From Utricularia gibba (Eukaryota > Plantae > Magnoliophyta): a stretch of DNA of 64,000 bases. Each line of letters begins with the position of its first letter. The stretch's first letter is position 1. Positions 60,511 through 64,000 of this stretch are shown piece by piece. A program made the position numbers and the translations under genes. A model generated the notes under the pieces. It had not been told where the DNA came from. It saw only the letters and a program-made list of their open reading frames with translations, and made no database searches. The stretch lies in the NCBI GenBank assembly GCA_002189035.1, contig NEEC01000008.1:1798001-1862000 (forward strand), written 5' to 3'.

Positions 60511-60731
60511 TAAGAAAACAGTACAAAGCAACTACAGATTTGTCTCTTCAATCCGCAATACTGCCTGTGTTCTATCACGGAGGATGCAAGTTTTCCTCTG
60601 GACACGCCGCTACCGTGTCCAGATTTGGATCTTAGACAGCAATTATACCTAATTTCATATTTCTTAGGCTCAATATGTCCTTTTAAAAATTATTATTTGA
60701 ACAATTAGATGAAGATATGGGCCCCATTTTT

Positions 60732-60850
60732 AACCGCGTCATGTTGGCTTCGCCGGCGGTAAGCTCCTCCGTGTCGCCAAGGATCTGCTGGAGAACAACG
60801 GCGGCGCCACAGTTCTTATTGTTCCTCTGAAATCACCGCTTGCATGCTCC
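60732..60850 (+). pseudogene. Decayed fragment of a chalcone synthase-like type III polyketide synthase
   Basis: Three frame segments read NRVML / GFAGGKLLRVAKDLLENNGGATVLIV / SEITACML, collinear with the CHS motif [38 protein letters not shown] recalled from the family. Confidence 0.75.
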
Positions 60851-61204
60851 TTGGAAATATGACGTTGTCACCGCTTCAGATGACGAGGTAGATCTGGAGG
60901 TTTCCTGGATGGGATCGCTTGGGCTGGATTTTGAAAATTTCAGAATTTAGGGGTGTCTCTGTTATTCGATTTTGGCCCCAAATGTTTAGAGTAATTACCA
61001 ATTGGACATTTGTAGAAGAAAAGACGTTTCGGATCAAACCAACGGTGTGGATCATCGCGTCGGAATAAAGCTACACGGGTTGGATGTAAATTCCAAAGAC
61101 GGCGTACGCATGTAAAAGCTACGCTACCGTGTTAGTGCTTCCGGGGTTGGTATATAGCTACCTGACAACCGGAGCCTGTGGGAGGGTGACTTGGAGGCCG
61201 ATCA

Positions 61205-62689
61205 ATGGTGAGTTGTTGCTCTCCGCAGATCCTGGTGATCTCTATGTGTCCATTTGTTTTCCAGATTTCTGATTTTCATTCGCGTTTTCAGGCGCTGCCA
61301 AATCAACAGACGGTGGATTACCCGAGCTTCAAGCTTGTGATTGTCGGCGACGGTGGCACAGGTGGTTCTTCCTTCCTTTATATGTCGTTTTTTGGTTGGA
61401 ATCTTAAATCTATAGTCGGAGGCCGATTGTGTTGAGAGATGATCCTTCGTCGCCAATTCTGAATCCTGTAGTACTGTGAACCGTGCACGCGCGAGATGAT
61501 CCTTCGTCACCAATTCTGAATCCTGGAGTAGTGTGATTGTGCACGCATAGAGCAATCGTGCTACTGTAGTTTCCCGTTATTATTATGGCATCCCGGTGAA
61601 TTGCTATTGAGAGATTATGGCTCATTTGTTTCCGATATGCTTGTGCAGGAAAGACCACTTTCGTGAAAAGACATATTACGGGTGAATTCGAGAAGAAATA
61701 TGAACGTAAGACGGTTGCTACTTGATCTGGTTCGAGGGGGTACCCCGTTTGATACTATTTCTTGAAATGCTGTTTATTTTGCTCGTGTGTAGCCACAATC
61801 GGCGTCGAGGTTCACCCTTTGGATTTCTTCACCAACTGCGGGAAAATCCGATTTTATTGCTGGGACACTGCTGGCCAAGAGAAGTTCGGTGGCCTCAGGG
61901 ATGGATATTAGTAAGTGATTTGCTTCTTATGCATGAATTTGGATTTTTGTAAGAACTCAAACCTTGTGGGCTTGTTGGATTAGCGTAATCGTGAACCAGA
62001 CAGTCTTAGCATGATTCCATCGATCCTTGCAGCATCCATGGACAATGCGCAATTATCATGTTTGATGTTACTGCTCGATTGACTTACAAGAACGTCCCTA
62101 CATGGCACCGAGATCTCTGCAGGTGCTTCTCGGCATGCAAGTCTCTAGGTTTTGGTCCCCTGCATATTGCAAAGCATGCACGTAACCGTCTTCTTTTGCT
62201 TAATTTAGGGTTTGTGAGAATATCCCTATTGTGCTTTGTGGGAACAAAGTGGATGTGAAGAACAGGCAGGTGAAGGCCAAGCAAGTCACATTTCACAGGA
62301 AAAAGAATCTGCAGTACTATGAGATATCCGCAAAGAGTAACTACAATTTCGAGAAGCCTTTCCTCTACCTCGCGAGGAAGCTTGCTGGGTATGTTCCGGA
62401 CAGCTCTCAAGGCTGCTTTCACTGCAGCTTTTCCTTAACATTCCTTGATTTGCATGCAGTGATCAGAACCTACACTTCGTCGAGTCTCCAGCTCTTGCAC
62501 CTCCTGAAGTCCACATTGATTTGGATGCACAGCGACAGTAAGTCCCTGAAAGGCTCTTGCAGTTCCTTTACATCCTTAATACTTTGCAACTGACCCCTGG
62601 TGTCCCATTCTTTATCCAGACACGAAGCGGAACTTCTTCACGCTGTTACTCAGCCACTCCCAGACGATGACGACGATGCCTTCGAGTAG
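61205..62689 (+). CDS. RAN: Ran GTPase, 8 exons (first coding exon is the ATG only), intact
   Basis: M|[24 protein letters not shown]|[46 protein letters not shown], acidic tail [11 protein letters not shown]. Confidence 0.97.
61436..61546 (+). repeat. Tandem duplication with a 57-bp period in Ran intron 2
   Basis: gagatgatccttcgtc(g/a)ccaattctgaatcctg...gtgcacgc at 61436-61490 and 61493-61546. Confidence 0.92.
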
Positions 62690-63273
62690 GCACGCTCGTG
62701 TTGCCTGCCTCTACTCTATTTATATGGTGTGCCCAGATGTTCTTCTGCTTTGAGTCTCCCTTTCTCTCCCTCGGATCTATCTGGATAATGAAAGGGGATG
62801 GCCTCTCGAAGCATGTGTGTTTGTGTGGTGGATGAGCAGAGAATAGCATTTGCTGGATTGTTGTTTCAGACCTCCATTGATAACTTTACTGCGTGATTTG
62901 CAGTCATCTGTGATAGAAACCCCGCAAGTGCTTGTTGACGCTTGTTTGTCATTCCCGTATCTCTGTGCCAGAGAAAACAGAAACGACACAAGTCAGATGG
63001 TGAAACCAACTTGTTTGAAATGAAGACTCGTCGCCCAATGATACAGAGCAAAGGCTAACGTAAAAAAACTGGGTTACTACACCTTCTTCGCTTCATTAAC
63101 AACCATAAGCATTTGCACATCTCTCAGTTCTCATTGTGGAGCCACGGCATACTACGAGCCAACAAAAGTAGACTTTTTGGGTGGAAATGAGGAGCTTCAA
63201 CTAGTTCATAGTTATATCAAAATTTTACAATATATAATTTATTTATTAATTTTATATTATACTGCAATATAAT

Positions 63274-63567
63274 TTTCTAATATCAAAATTAATTCTATTC
63301 ATGAATTAAATTAATTCTAATTTATGAATTATACTCCCATGAAAATTAAAAACACATTTAATCCTCCCATGAAAATTTTGATTATATGACACTTTAAAAA
63401 CACTTCTCTGTAATTCATGAATAGAATTAATTTCTATTCAAAATGTAACCATATTGTATGTAATTCAAAATGTAACCATATTCAAGACAACACATTTAAT
63501 TTCTAATATCAAAATTATATGACACTATACTCCCATGAAAATTAAAAACACACATTTAATCCTCCCA
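63274..63567. repeat. AT-rich mosaic of direct and inverted repeats (possible MITE or foldback remnant)
   Basis: Perfect 23-bp inverted repeat 63286-63308/63411-63433; 40-bp direct repeat 63330-63369/63526-63567; 20-bp repeat 63436-63455/63463-63482; 18-bp repeat 63274-63291/63500-63517. Confidence 0.8.
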
Positions 63568-63789
63568 GTTGTCTTGTTACACGTCATCTTAGTGTCATTA
63601 TTTACGCAAAGCAAAATAAAGGAAAAAAAAACAAAGAATCCTAACGTGAATTCAAAATCCGTTGAAGCAAATTAAGACGAAAATATGGCGAGAGATATGT
63701 CAGGTGACGAATACACTGGTTGTCGTTGAAGATCGCAGGCCTGAAATCGTATTACCTACCCCAAGAAGGAAGGAAGGAAGGCTGGGTGA

Positions 63790-63990
63790 TCACTTGAGTT
63801 CCTCGCTCAACCCAGGCGGCATTCCCAGGCTCTGAGCAAGGTTGCTCATTCTTTTTTTCATGGCCTGCCCAGCAAAGGAGAGTTTAAAATCAAACGAGTC
63901 CGATTTCAAACTGCTTTGGTCATAGTTTCTTACCTCGACACTCTTCTGGTGGGCATCCTTGTACGCCTCAGTCACCAAGAGAGATAGCTT
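63790..63990 (-). CDS. STIC2: Last two exons (63990-63934, 63864-63790) of a plastid YbaB/EbfC-family protein (STIC2/STCL-like); 5' part lies outside the window
   Basis: KLSLLVTEAYKDAHQKSVE|AMKKRMSNLAQSLGMPPGLSEELK* matches the C-terminus of At2g24020/At4g30620-type proteins. Confidence 0.88.
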   Translation of the reverse strand, partial: KLSLLVTEAYKDAHQKSVEVRNYDQSSLKSDSFDFKLSFAGQAMKKRMSNLAQSLGMPPGLSEELK

Positions 63991-64000
63991 CTGCACAACA

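Overview
Plant nuclear genomic DNA (angiosperm, probably a eudicot; species not identifiable here). It is very gene dense, with 18 protein-coding loci in 64 kb (two cut by the window edges) and mostly short introns. In order: SUN-domain protein (last exon), uncharacterised plastid membrane protein, PYRD, NCED, glycolate oxidase, F-box protein, CIN-type TCP (miR319 site), PAK1IP1-like WD40, LWD1, DDB1, ABCC12-like transporter, NPH3/BTB protein, SAPS/PP6 regulatory subunit, PHB-like HD-ZIP III (miR165/166 site), FAMA-like bHLH, cytosolic glutathione reductase, Ran GTPase and STIC2/YbaB-like (last exons). All family assignments come from my recall of conserved motifs, not from a database search. 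Main observations: (1) seven clear single-base deletions plus one candidate, all in G/C homopolymers, break six conserved genes including DDB1, which is most simply a long-read consensus error; (2) a decayed chalcone-synthase-like fragment lacking its catalytic Cys lies in the GR/Ran divergent promoter; (3) GR appears to have lost its C-terminal TNL peroxisomal signal; (4) DDB1 sits head-to-head with LWD1 (DCAF7 family) and next to a second WDxR-bearing WD40 gene; (5) a tandem duplication creates a second, stop-introducing splice acceptor in DDB1; (6) three GC-AG introns. I found no convincing evidence of a wholly new biological system; the WD40/DDB1 grouping is the best system-level lead and remains an inference.
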